A stretch of 64,000 nt of DNA, from positions 34,348,001 through 34,412,000 of the forward strand of contig OX597823.1 in NCBI GenBank assembly GCA_951406725.2, written 5' to 3'. Source of the DNA: Octopus vulgaris (Eukaryota). The notes beneath the pieces are model-generated. The model worked only from the letters and a program-made list of their open reading frames with translations. It was not told the origin of the DNA and searched no databases. This document shows positions 38,591 through 51,095 of the stretch, piece after piece. Both the position numbers and the translations under genes were made by a program. Position 1 is the stretch's first letter. Each line of letters begins with the position of its first letter.

Positions 38591-41500
38591 TCTGGAATGT
38601 GCAACATTCCTTCCTCCCCTTCACTTCTCAAATCCCCCTCTGTGGAATGTTCAACATTCCTTCCTCACCTTCACTTCTCAAATCACCCTCTCTGGAATGT
38701 TCAACATTCCTTCCTCCCCTTCACTCTCAAATCCCCCTCTCTGGAATGTTCAACATTCCTTCCTCCCCTTCACTTCTCAAATCCATCTCTCTGGAATGTT
38801 CAACATTCCTTCCTCCCCTTCACTTCTCAAATCCCCCTCTTAGGAATGTTCAAAATTCCTTCCTCCCCTTCTCTTCTCAAATCCCCCTCTCTGGAATGTT
38901 CAACATTACTTCCTCCCCTTCACTTCTCAAATACCTCTCTCTGGAATGTTCAACATTCCTTCCTCCCCTTCCTTTCTCAAATCCCCTCACTGAAATGTTC
39001 AACATTCCTTTCACCCTTCCTCCCCTTCACTTCTCAAATCCACCTCTCTGGAATGTTCAACATTCCTTCCTCCCCTTCCTCACCTTCACTTCCTAAATCC
39101 CCCTCTCTGGAATGTTCAACATTCCCTCCTCCCCTTCACTTCTCAAATCCCTCTCTCTAGAATGTTCAACATTCCTTCCCCCTTCCTCCCCTTCACTTCT
39201 CAAATACCCCTCTCTGGAATGTTCAACATTCCTTCCTCCCCTTCACTGTCAAATTCTCCTCTCTGGAATGTTCAACATTCCTTCCTCCCCTTCACTTCTC
39301 AAATCCTCTAAGGAATGTTCAACATTCCTTCCTCCCCTTCCTCCCCTTCAGTTCTCAAATCCCCCTCTCTGGAATGTTCAACATTCCTTCCTCCCTTTCA
39401 CTTCTCAAATACCCCTCTCTTGAATGTTCAACATTCCTTTCCCCCTTCCTCCCCATCACTTCCCAAATCCCCCTCTCTGGAATGTTCAACATTCCTTCCT
39501 CCCCTTCACTTCTCATATCCCCCTCTCTGGAATGTTCAACATTCCTTCATCCCCTTCCTCCCTTTCACTTATCAAATCCCTGTCTCTGGAATGTTCAACA
39601 TTCCTTCCTCCCCTTCACTATCAAATCCGCCTCTACGGAATGTTCAACATTCCTCCCTCCCCTTCACTTCTCAAATCCCCCTCTCTAGAATGTTCAACAT
39701 TTCTTCCTTCACTTCACTCTCAAATCCCCCTCTCTTGAATGTTCAACATTCCTTCCTCCCCTTCACTCTCAAATCCCCCTCTCTGGAATGTTCAACATTC
39801 CTTCCTCCCCTTCACTTCTCAAATTACCCTCTCTGGAATGTTCAACATTCCTTCCTCCCCTTCCTACCTTTCACTTCTCAAATCCCCCTCTCTGGAATGT
39901 TCAACATTTCTTTCCTCCCCTTCACTTCTCAAATCCCCATCTCTGGAATGTTCAACATTCCTTTCCCCCTTCCTCCCCTTCACTTTTCAAATCCCCCTCT
40001 CTGGAATGTTCAACATTCCTTCCTCCCCTTTCTCCCCTTCACTTCTCAAATCCCCCTCTCTGGAATGTTCAACATTTCTTTCTCCCCTTCCTCTTCTTCA
40101 CTTCTCAAATCCCCCCTCTCTGGAATTTTCAACATTCGTTCCTCCCCTTCCTCCCCCTCACTTCTCAAATCCCCATCGCTGGAATGTTCATTATTCCTTC
40201 CTCCTTTTCCTCCCCTTCACTTCTCAAATCCCTCTCACTGGAATGTTCAACATTCCTTCCTCCCCTTCACTTCTCAAATCCCCCTCTCTGGAATGTTCAA
40301 CATTCCTTCCTCCCCTTCCTCCACTTCACTTCTCAAATCCCCCACACTGGAATGTTCATTATTCCTTCCATCCCTTCACTCTCAAATCCCCCTCTCTGGA
40401 ATGTTCAACATTCCTTCCTCCCCTTCACTTCTCAAATCCCCCTCTCTTGAATGTTCAACATTCCTACCTCCCCTTCACTTCTCAAATCCCCCTCTCTGGA
40501 ATGTTCAACATTCTTTCCTCCCCTTCCTCCCCTTCATTTCTCAAATCCCCCACACTGGAATGTTCATTATTCCTTCCATCCCTTCACTCTCAAATCCCCC
40601 TCTCTGGAATGTTCAACATTCCTTCCTCCCCTTCACTTCTCAAATCCCCCTCTCTTGAATGTTCAACATTCCTACCTCCCCTTCACTTCTCAAATCCCCC
40701 TCTCTGGAATGTTCAACATTCTTTCCTCCCCTTCCTCCCCTTCATTTCTAAAATACCCCTTTTTGGAATGTTCAACATTCCTTCCTCCCCTTCCTCCCTT
40801 TCATTTCTCAAATCCCCCTCTCTGGAATGATCAACATTCCTTCCTCCGTTTCATTTCTCAAATCCCCCTCTCTAGAATGTTCAACTTTCCTTCCTCCCCT
40901 TCACTTCTCAAATCCCCCTCTCTGGAATGTTCAACATTTCTTCCTCCCCTCCTCCTTTTCATTTCTCAAATCCCCCTCTCTGGAATGTTCAACATTCTTT
41001 CCTCCCCTTCCTCCCCTTCATTTCTCAAATCCCCCTCTCTGGAATGTTCAACATTCAACTCCCTCTCTGGAATGTTCAACATTCTTTCCTCCCCTTCCTA
41101 TCTTTCATTTCTCAAATCATCCTCTCTGGAATATTCAACATTTTTTCTTCCCCTTCCTCCCTTTCATTCTTTGGAATAATCAACATTCCTTCCTCCCTTT
41201 CATTTCCCAAATCCCCCACTCTGGAATGTTCAACATTCTTTCCTCCCCTTCCTCTCTTTCATTTCTCAAATCCCCCTCTCTGGAATGTTCAACATTCTTT
41301 CTTCCCCTTCCTCCCTTTCATTTCTCAAATCCCCCTCTCTGGAATGTTCAACATTCCTTCCTCCCCTTCATTTCTCAAATCCCCCTCTCTGGAATGTTCA
41401 ACATTCTTTCCTCCCCTTCCTCCTCTTCATTTCTTAAATCCCCCTCTCTGGAATGTTGCAACATTCTTTCCTCCCCTTCATTTCTCAAATCCCCCTCTCT

Positions 41501-41881
41501 GGAATGTTCAACATTCCTTCATCCCCTTCACTTCTCAAATCCCCCTCTCCGGAATGTTCAACATTCCTTCCTCCCCTTCACTTCTCAAATCCCCCTCTCT
41601 GGAATCTTCAACATTCTTTCCTCCCCTTCCCTTTCATTTCTCAGATCCCCCTCTTTGGAATGATCAACATTCCTTCCTCCCCATCATTTCTCAAATCCCC
41701 CTCTCTGGAATGTTCAACATTCCTTTCTCCCCTTCTTCCCCATCATTTCTCAAATCCCCCTCTCTGTATTGTTCAACATTCTTTCCTCCCCTTCATTTCT
41801 CAAATCCTCCTCTATGGAATGTTCAATATTCCTTCCTCTCCTTCATTTCTCAAATCCCCCTCTCTTGAATGTTCAACATTT
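38591..41881. repeat. Pyrimidine-rich satellite with 51/60-bp units
   Basis: Unit CTCTCTGGAATGTTCAACATTCCTTCCTCCCCTT(CCTCCCCTT)CACTTCTCAAATCCCC, about 60 copies. Confidence 0.95.
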
Positions 41882-42241
41882 CTGGTCAAAATTGTTTGAA
41901 AATTTTTTGAAAATTTTTGTTCAAATTTTTTTGAAAATTTTTGGTCAATATGTTTAGAAAAATTTTTTGAAGAATATGGTCAAAATTTTTGAAAATTTTT
42001 TAAAAAATTTTGACCAAAAATTTTCAAAAACATTTTCCAAAAAATCTTTCAAAAATTTTTGACCAAAATTTTGACCAAAAATTTTCAGAAAAATCTTCAA
42101 AATATTTTGACCAAAATTTTCAAAAAATTTTTCAAAAAACTTTTCATCAAAAATTTTCAAAAAATTTTCAAAAAAATTTTGACCTAAAATTTTCGAAAAA
42201 TTTTGACTAAAAATTTTCAAAATAATTTTGACCAAAAATTT
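41882..42241. repeat. A/T-tract repeat block (AAAATTTT with GGTC/GACC) that flips orientation near 42000
   Basis: TTTTGGTCAAAA units on the left, TTTTGACCAAAA units on the right. Confidence 0.8.
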
Positions 42242-42422
42242 CGGGCTTCTTTCAGATTTCGTCTACCAAAACCACTCGCAAGGCCTTGCCCAAGATGCCA
42301 CGCAGTGGGACTGAACCCAGAACCATGTGGTTGGTAAACAAGCTACTTACCACATAGCCACATGTTTATATATTATTTATGTTATTATATGATCGAACGC
42401 TACGCATCCATTTCCAAGTATA

Positions 42423-43128
42423 TGTAGCGAATCTTGCATGCATTATGTGGATTCGATCCACTACAGCCAAATTTAAACTAACACTGCTACAAAATTTTTC
42501 CCACGGTGGAACAACGGTTTTTCTCTGACAGCAGTTTTTACATTTTCCAGATGCCCTTTAACTAGGCCGAAATTAATGTCTTCACCACTTGACCCTTTCT
42601 AACCTTTTCTACTTCACCAAAGTCTAGAATAGATAACAAGACCACCAACTAAATCTATTGTTTTCTATGATATATCTATCCTTCTGGATCTTAATATAAG
42701 CAAGCACATCCCAAGCAAAAATCAGTTAGTCACCAGCCGGGTAACGATTCAACCGCAGTTAGTCACCAACCGGTGACAACTCAACGAGGTCTGGCTGACC
42801 AACCTTGGTTAGAGAGAGAAAGCAACTCTGAGACAACACCCTACAATTCTCTCTAGCTCTAATTCTGTTCTCTTACAACATCATTCTATCTCTCCCAGCA
42901 ATACTACTAAAACAACGAAGAGAACCCAAACAAACATTCTACCGTATCTAACTTTCGCATGCTTTTGGATTTATCAACCTGCCCGTCGAGGTAAGGTAAT
43001 TATAAAATAACGGCGAATATATAACTTTCTTAAAATTTAATACATTGTGCATCTTTCACTAATAATACTTACAAACCAAATTCTCCCGTAACAACAAATT
43101 GTTTTGCTACCGCTATAAATGGTGACCC
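42423..43128 (+). mobile_element. Probable LTR (about 695 bp) followed by tRNA-Trp-like primer binding site
   Basis: Termini TGTAGCG (42423) and CGCTATA (43117, one change from CGCTACA), then AA and TGGTGACCC, matching the first 9 nt of the Trp PBS TGGTGACCCCGACG. Confidence 0.55.
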
Positions 43129-43391
43129 TCGAACAAGAGCATTGAACAAGAGCATATATATATATGAAACGGTTGGTTCTTAGGAAGGTTTCAATGCTCT
43201 TGTTCGAGGGTCACCATTTATAACGGTAGCAAAACAATTTGTTGTTACGGGAGAATTTGGTTTGTAAACATTATTAGTGAAAGATGCACAATGTATTAAA
43301 TTTTAAGAAAGTTATATATTTGCCGTTATTTTATAATTACCTTACCTCGACGGGCAGGTTGATAAATCCAAAAGCATGCGAAAGTTAGATA
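42945..43391. repeat. 202-bp inverted repeat with 43-nt loop
   Basis: 42945-43146 versus 43190-43391, 4 mismatches counted by eye. Confidence 0.9.
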
Positions 43392-43394
43392 TAT

Positions 43395-43427
<33 letters not shown>

Positions 43428-43749
43428 AAAATTATTTTTAGGGAATAAAAATTCCAGCATAACAGAGGTTCAAATTATTCTCAATGAAGAAATATATTTT
43501 AATTTAGAGATAGTAGGCCCCTACCTCTCACCATATAAAAAGAATTTTTATTTTTATTTTAAATACCTACTGTTTTATTACTTGGCAACACGTGTTTCAT
43601 GAGGTACATCCTCGGGTTCCTAAACCACTCCATGTTTTCCTGGAACCCTTCTTGAAATGTAGCCCCAATCATCAGGCCCTTATATCACTTTATCAGCGTT
43701 CAATACAATAAACTATATATTTTAATTTTTTAAAGCCCTTAAGTATGTG

Positions 43750-43751
<2 letters not shown>
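43428..43751 (-). mobile_element. Single-arm hammerhead-bearing element between two (TA)n tracts
   Basis: Contains hammerhead 43584-43678. The 3' end TTATTCCCTAA resembles the tail of the 46650-49576 element. Confidence 0.65.
43584..43678 (-). ncRNA. Type I hammerhead ribozyme motif with long multi-segment stem II
   Basis: GGC-CTGATGA-tTGGGGcTACAT..GGGTTCC..GGAACCC..ATGTACCTCAt-GAAA-CACGTG-TT-GCC. Confidence 0.75.
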
Positions 43752-43797
<46 letters not shown>

Positions 43798-44389
43798 GTG
43801 AAGGAACACTTCCAGCCCCTCAAGGTTCTCTAGTTTGCGCCTGGCCGTAGTGGCAATGTGTGCTTGAGTACTGCCAATAAAACTTTATCCAAAACAATCC
43901 TGAAAGAGGAGTGCACATCTTTGATAGACTAATGTCAGATATCGGGCTTTCGAAGTATCATATACTCACTGCATTTAGTTGAGCATAAAATTTAGCATTT
44001 ACGGCATGACCGTATGGGACAAGCTAAAAGTACAATACTTCTTCAAAATTCCGCAAACTGTCTTAGTTTTCTGAAAACTCTATCCAAAAAACCTGAAGGC
44101 ATAGCTTGTGTGGTGTCTCTCTGGAAAGATAGTTGCTCATCTGCTAATCACTGAAAAGTGAAGGAAATCGAAATACGATGATTATTTAATGCACTTTATT
44201 TATAGACTTTGCATACTTTATGCAGAATTTTATAGACTTATTACACAGCATTCATAAAATAAATAGTCACTCTTATTTTTCCCTTTTTCCTATAAACAAA
44301 AAATAAATATCCCGTACATATGATACAACCTTTAGTTAAACCGTCTTAGTTTAGCAACAGGTTCTGCAGCTTGACCGGAACGAAACCAC

Positions 44390-44850
44390 TGATTTCTCTT
44401 AGGATTACAAAAATAATTCGATTTTCAGCCGTAGTCATAACCAAATGCCAAAAACGGGCATCTCGAGTATTTGGCAGCAGTTTCATTTGCAAACATTCAA
44501 AATTCTGGTCATTTGTCAGTCCATAAGGAACTTACCGACAGCGTCTGTTCACAAGGCTGAGTTTATGGAGGTGTTGGTTGATAGTGCTTTGTGAAGGACC
44601 AAGTTCCACCGAAAATGCACGAGTAATTGCGCATGGCTGTTCGACTATTTCAAGCAAAGCCTTATCTTGAGTTTGTCTTCGAGGCTACTACCACCTTCCT
44701 TGAAACGTTTGAAGCAGTTTTGTGTCACACGTTCGTTGACAGTTCCTGGGTCAGACACATCAAAAATTTCTTTGCCGCTTTCTTTGCACTCAACCGTGTT
44801 TACCTCAGGTAGCGTAAAATTGCTTTAATCTTTTTTTTTTCATCACACAT
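44390..44850 (-). mobile_element. Mariner transposase N-terminal (HTH) pseudogene fragment
   Basis: SAKKAAKK..DVSDPGTVNERVTQNCFKRFKEGGSSLEDK across a frameshift, matching the mariner pattern AA..I...G..TV..R....WF.RF..G..SLED. Confidence 0.75.
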
Positions 44851-44951
44851 CAAAGCTGTAAAGCAAAGAATAAACAATAAATGTTTTTATGCTAAATATG
44901 AAAATAAAGGAAAAACATTCCAGCAACGATTTGACAACAAGTTGTATCAAA

Positions 44952-45344
44952 TCTCTTTATATATAAAGCTGAAGTTGTCTGTGTATGGCAGGTTTTGTAG
45001 CTTTCAACTAACACTATCTCCTCCGAGACCCTAAGACGAAAGTTGACCAAAATTGAGAGTATGATAGAAGAAGGATTGCTCTCCCTTCCGTAGAAGAAAA
45101 AATTCAAATCGGTCCATGTTAATACCAAAAATTATTTACATCAAAAAGGTGCTTTTTTTCTATGAAAATCCCTATTTTTTACGATTTTTTTTACTGCTGT
45201 ATCGCTATTTTTCGGTGTATTTCAACCAGAAAAATGTTCACTTAAAGAGAATAACAAGCTACATAATGCGAAATTTTCATTTTTCAAAAATTCCAATTCT
45301 AAAGGGTCGAAACAAACCCAAGCAACGCCAGGCGATACTGCTAG
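44952..45344 (+). mobile_element. Non-autonomous Helitron
   Basis: 5' TC terminus (TCTCTTTATATATAAAG), 3' imperfect hairpin plus CTAG, inserted between A and T with no TSD. Confidence 0.8.
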
Positions 45345-46420
45345 TTAATAATATAACTTGGAGATACAAGTTGCCAAAAATTACCGGTGAAAATCCGAAC
45401 AAAAACTTTTTACTCAACTTGAAGTAAATACGTGTAGCTATACATACACGCACTCATACATGAATACATACACGCACATTACATATTTATTAAACTGGGA
45501 AAAAAACGACAATTGACTTGGAGTCCGGAAATTTCTTTTAAGGGATGTGTGTGTGAGGCAGTGACAGGTAACCGAGACCTTTGGCGATATACCGTGCTTG
45601 TAAAACCTGTCAAACCAAATGAGATCGTTGTTGTGGCTGATGCGGGTGTCATGTCCAAGGCACCCGTACCGGTGGCACGTAAAATGCACCTACTACAGTC
45701 TTGGAGTGGTTGGCGTTAGGAAGGGCATCCAGCCGTAGAAACCAAGTCAAAACTGACTGGAAACCGGGACAGCTCCCCGGCTTACCAACTTTAAGTCAAA
45801 CCGTCCAACCCATGCCAGCATAGAAAACGGACGTTAAATGATCGTGACGATAATGATGATGACCACACACACACACAAAGTTAATACATACACATATACT
45901 TATATGTAATATACACTTGTATTCGAAAGTTTTAGAAACGGTCCCGTTTCCTCCGTTATTTGTTGATGTCTTTCAAAGATATATTTTTTTATAATTTACC
46001 TCTGCTGACTGAGCGAATTTTTCTAACAACCGGGGTCGCTGTACAAAGGTTGTATTATATGTCAAAGTACATTTTCTCACAAACCTTAAATCAAGTCCGC
46101 AGATGATAAATCCACGCTTTCCACTGATATTTTGGAGTATTTATAATATACATGGGAATTAAACGACTTCCTTCTGTCAAATCGGATATTATTCAAAGAA
46201 GCCCAATTCGTTAACGTGCTTTTTCCCCCTTTCATTCCTTTCCTTCTTCTTTAAAGAGATATCTATCTACTAAATTTATTTACGAGACTGGCAACGAAAG
46301 CTAATAAAAAATATATCAGTGAGTCTTAGTGTGTTTAACGCAAGGGGACCTAAAGATCAAGACGAGGAATAAAGATGCGGTGAGAAAAAAAATATTACTT
46401 CTCAATGAAAAAACAACAGA

Positions 46421-46583
46421 GCGCAGGAGTGGCTGTGTGGTAAGTAGCTTGCTAACCAACCACATGGTTCCGGGTTCAGTCCCACTGCGTGGCATCTTGG
46501 GCAAGTGTCTTCTGCTATAGCCCTGGGCCGACCAATGCCTTGTGTGTGGATTTGGTACACGGAAACTGAAAGAAGCCTGTCGT
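46421..46583 (+). mobile_element. tRNA-derived SINE (family with many copies, e.g. about 664-830, 16925-17280, 19780-20150 minus, 20915-21270, 28535-28685 minus, 42242-42362 minus)
   Basis: A box TGGCTGTGTGG, B box GGTTCAGTCCC, conserved body ending GAAACTGAAAGAAGCC followed by microsatellite. Confidence 0.85.
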
Positions 46584-46584
46584 A

Positions 46585-46656
<72 letters not shown>

Positions 46657-46744
46657 TTATTAGAGACAAAACCACTATTTTGCAAAACAAACAAGGAAAG
46701 ACTTAATCAATACATAAAATTTTAATAAATAGTCAAAAAAACCG

Positions 46745-46787
46745 CCACTACAATCGTTTCTTGTCTTGATCGACAATCTTCAGGTGG
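46745..46787 (-). ncRNA. Minimal type I hammerhead ribozyme motif (inverted copy of 49357-49399)
   Basis: Exact reverse complement of the 49357-49399 motif. Confidence 0.85.
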
Positions 46788-49356
46788 ACTTCAATCTAAA
46801 ATATCAATATTTTAAAATATACAAATAATAATTTTAAAATAATTAAAGTATGAATGAAAAAATATAAATATATAATCCATATATAACCTATATATAATCC
46901 ATATATAATCAATATATAAACAATATATAAACTAAAATAAACCTATCAACAATTAAATATAAAATATAAAATATAAAATATAAAACAAAACAAAAAAAAC
47001 AATAATAATATAATAATAAACTATATATACACCCATACACATATACCTAATTATATATAACCATATCTAACTACATACACTAAACCACACACCTATATAT
47101 ATATATCCCTATACATACACATAAAAACGTCTAGGCAACTATAAATAAATAAAATAGCTAAATACTTCAACACAATACTTATTCATACTCCCCCACACAC
47201 ACACATACAACCCACATTCACGCTCTAGAAAACGGACATCACTCAAAATTATGAACGGAGAAATGGAATAAATGGAATTAAAAATTATATTCACTTGGTA
47301 AAACGAACACTACTTAAAAATTATGAATGAAACAATGCAATAAAACAACAGACATCGCAAATATACACAAATTACTACGAATTCCTTAACAAACCTACCA
47401 TGATAAACCAAAACTCACAAAAACATATAATGATAAAATCTCCCTTTACTAAACTCTATAACATACCTATATAGCAATCCCCCTAACCTAAACATTCACA
47501 CACAAATACACACACGTAAACCACACACCCACGACATATACAAATACCCACACCACTTACACATACCAATACATACATATAAACCTCAACATATACTCCA
47601 AAAACCCACTCAACCCCACACAGACAAATAAACACAAAAATTATGAATGAATTCTTTTATAAAACTACCATGATAAGCTAAAACTCACAAAACAGAAATG
47701 ATAAAACCTCCCTTTACTAAACACTATAACAAACTTATATAGCAATCCCTTTAACCTATACATTCACACACAAAAACACACATGTAAACCACACACCCAT
47801 AACAAATACAAACACCCACCCCACTCACACACACCCACAAGTACATATAAGCCTCAACATATACACGAACAAAATTACTTTACCAAGGAACTTAACATAT
47901 GTATAAAAAGTATAACCGCTCCGGAAACGAACATCTCTAAATTAATGAATGGAGAAATGGAATAAATGGAATTAAAAATAATATTCACGTGGCAAAACGA
48001 ACACCACTCAAAAATTATGAATTAAACAATGCAATAAAACAACCAACATCGAAAATAGACAAATTACCACGAATTCCCTAAAAAAAAAAAAAAACCATGA
48101 TAAACCAAAACTCTTAAAAACATATAACGATAAAATCTCCCTTTGCTAAACTCTATAACAAACCTATATAGCAATCCCCCTAACCTAAACATTCACACAC
48201 AAATACACACACGTAAACCACAGACCCACGACTTATACACATACCTATACTAACTTATAAACCTCAATATACACCAAAATCCACTCCCTCCACACACAGA
48301 CAAATTAACACATACATCCCAAAACCTAAATAACAAACCCATATACACATTCACACACAAACACACACACACGCAAAACACACACACACAACAGATACAT
48401 ATACTCCCTCACATATACGCATATACATACTCACTAAACTCGATATATACAACAATATTTACACACCCACACTCATACAGATAAATAAATTATACAACTA
48501 AAAACTCACACACAATCTCATATACATAAACACTCCTATGAAAACAACATTAAATACATCGTAATTAACCAGAATATCAAAAATAACAATATGACATAAG
48601 GATAAATAAAATACATACTTACAAGTCAGTTTCAAATTATAAAGTGAAATTAAATTCTTAGCCGTTAAAAAAATCAAACCAAAATTACGTTACCATAGAA
48701 ATAACTTATGTAAAAAAAGAATACGCGTCATGGAAAGTAAACGTCATTTAAAATTATGAATGGAGAAAAAGAATAAATGGAACTAAAAACTATATCCACG
48801 TGGCAAACCAACACTACTTAAAAAAATTTATTATGAATGGATTCTTTAAAAACTACCATGAAAAATCATTATATACATTTATGAGCTTTAGCTCACCTTA
48901 GCAGCTAGAGCGTGAATGTGGGTTGTATGTGTGTGTGTGGGGGAGTATGAATAAGTATTGTGTTGAAGTATTTAGCTATTTTATTTATTTATAGTTGCCT
49001 AGACGTTTTTATGTGTATGTATAGGGATATATATATAGGTGTGTGGTTTAGTGTATGTAGTTAGATATGGTTATATATAATTAGGTATATGTGTATGGGT
49101 GTATATATAGTTTATTATTATATTATTATTATTTTTTTGTTTTGTTTTATATTTTATATTTTATATTTTATATTTTATATTTTATATTTAATTGTTGATA
49201 GGTTTATTTTAGTTTATATATTGTTTATATATTGATTATATATGGATTATATATAGGTTATATATGGATTATATATTTATATTTTTTCATTCATACTTTA
49301 ATTATTTTAAAATTATTATTTGTATATTTTAAAATATTGATATTTTAGATTGAAGT

Positions 49357-49399
49357 CCACCTGAAGATTGTCGATCAAGACAAGAAACGATTGTAGTGG
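49357..49399 (+). ncRNA. Minimal type I hammerhead ribozyme motif
   Basis: CCAC-CTGAAGA-TTGTC(gatcaa)GACAA-GAAA-CGATTG-TA-GTGG. Stems I and II pair perfectly, the core is canonical, and the GUA cleavage site follows 49395. Confidence 0.85.
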
Positions 49400-49572
49400 C
49401 GGTTTTTTTGACTATTTATTAAAATTTTATGTATTGATTAAGTCTTTCCTTGTTTGTTTTGCAAAATAGTGGTTTTGTCTCTAATAATATTTTATAATAT
49501 TTTACTATAAAATTGGATTTAATCCTAAATCTGATTTTTTTCCCTGTAATTTTGGATTTATTCCCTAATATT

Positions 49573-49658
<86 letters not shown>

Positions 49659-49847
49659 CTGTGTCTGTGTTTGTCTCCCTAGCATTGCTTGACAACCGAT
49701 GCTGGTGTGTTTACATCCCCGTCACTAGACCGATAGAATAAGTACTGGGCTTACAAAGAATAAGTCCCGGGGTCGATTTGCTTGACTAAAGGCGGTGCTC
49801 CAGCATGGCCGAAGTCAAATGGCTGAAACAAGTAAAAAAGTAAAGAG

Positions 49848-50253
<406 letters not shown>

Positions 50254-50256
<3 letters not shown>

Positions 50257-50500
50257 CCGTAAAATTAATATGTGACAATTCGGTAGCCAAGATAAAACTC
50301 TGAGTTTCGGATGCCGAAGTGGAAATCCAAACCACCATTTCTTCAGTTATCTGTCAGTTATTTCCACCTCAGCATCCGAAACTCAGAGTTTTATCTTGGC
50401 TACCGAATAATTGTCACATATTATTTTACAGATAAATTTCCTCTATTTACATAATATTGAGGTCTCTTTCTTTCTTTTGTTATCTTACCGTTTTTACCAA
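50254..50500. mobile_element. Short hammerhead-bearing palindromic element with 3' tail
   Basis: Arms 50254-50326 and 50360-50434, tail 50435-50500, (TA)n on both sides. Confidence 0.7.
50291..50351 (-). ncRNA. Type I hammerhead-like motif (weak base of stem II)
   Basis: GATAA-CTGAAGA-aatgGTGG..CCACttcggcatcc-GAAA-CTCAGAG-TT-TTATC. Stems I and III are perfect. Confidence 0.65.
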
Positions 50501-50958
50501 TATATATATATGTGTGTGTGTGTGTTTGTCCCCTCATCATCGTTCGACAACCGATGTTGGTGTGTTTACGTCCCCGTAGCTTAGCGGTACGGCAAGGGAG
50601 ACTGATAGAATAAGTACTAAGGTTACAAAGAATAAGTCCTGGGTCCGATTTGCTCGACCAAAGGCGGTGCTCCAGCACGGCAGCAGTCAAATGGCTGAAA
50701 CAAGTAAAAGAATAAAACAGCACACACACACGGTGCTTGCATATGAGAAAATTTACCTTTGCTCAATATAAATGAATTATAAACAAGGAAATGCTTTTAA
50801 ATAACTGGCTATAAGGAATAAAAAAAAAAAGTGATTATCCAATCAAAACTTGAATTGAAGATAGCTCGCTTCTAAATGAACGTACAACTCCACATCATAG
50901 AATGCTAGGAAAATCAACGGAAATCTTTAAGCAATTAAATCAAAGGATATTAAAGTGA

Positions 50959-51029
50959 AGACCCTGAAGAAACTGCACCGGTATTATAGTAAGGTTATTG
51001 ATCGATGCAGCAGAAACATGTGTAGGTCT
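50959..51029 (+). ncRNA. Type I hammerhead ribozyme motif
   Basis: AGACC-CTGAAGA-aaCTGCAcCGGT...ATCGaTGCAGca-GAAA-CATGTG-TA-GGTCT, with a perfect 5-bp stem I. Confidence 0.75.
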
Positions 51030-51095
51030 ATATGTAAAAAGGAATAAAAGGTAATGCTAATGCTACTTCGTAATAATAATAATAATAATAATAAA

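Larger units (their letters stand above)
46650..49576. mobile_element. Non-autonomous Penelope-like palindromic element (about 580-bp inverted arms, hammerhead in each arm, 80-bp 3' tail)
   Basis: 46650-47228 is a near-perfect reverse complement of 48905-49495. The 1.7-kb G-poor spacer contains internal tandem duplications. (TA)n flanks both sides and there is no ORF. Confidence 0.75.

Noticed and set aside
38591-41881. CRISPR-like array (palindromic repeat at regular spacing)
   Set aside because: The intervening sequences are themselves repeats rather than unique spacers, there are no cas genes, and the context is eukaryotic.
38536-41957. Long overlapping ORFs up to 447 aa (MFNIPSSPSLLKSPSLECSTF repeats)
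   Set aside because: Open in all three frames because the satellite unit lacks stops; not a protein.
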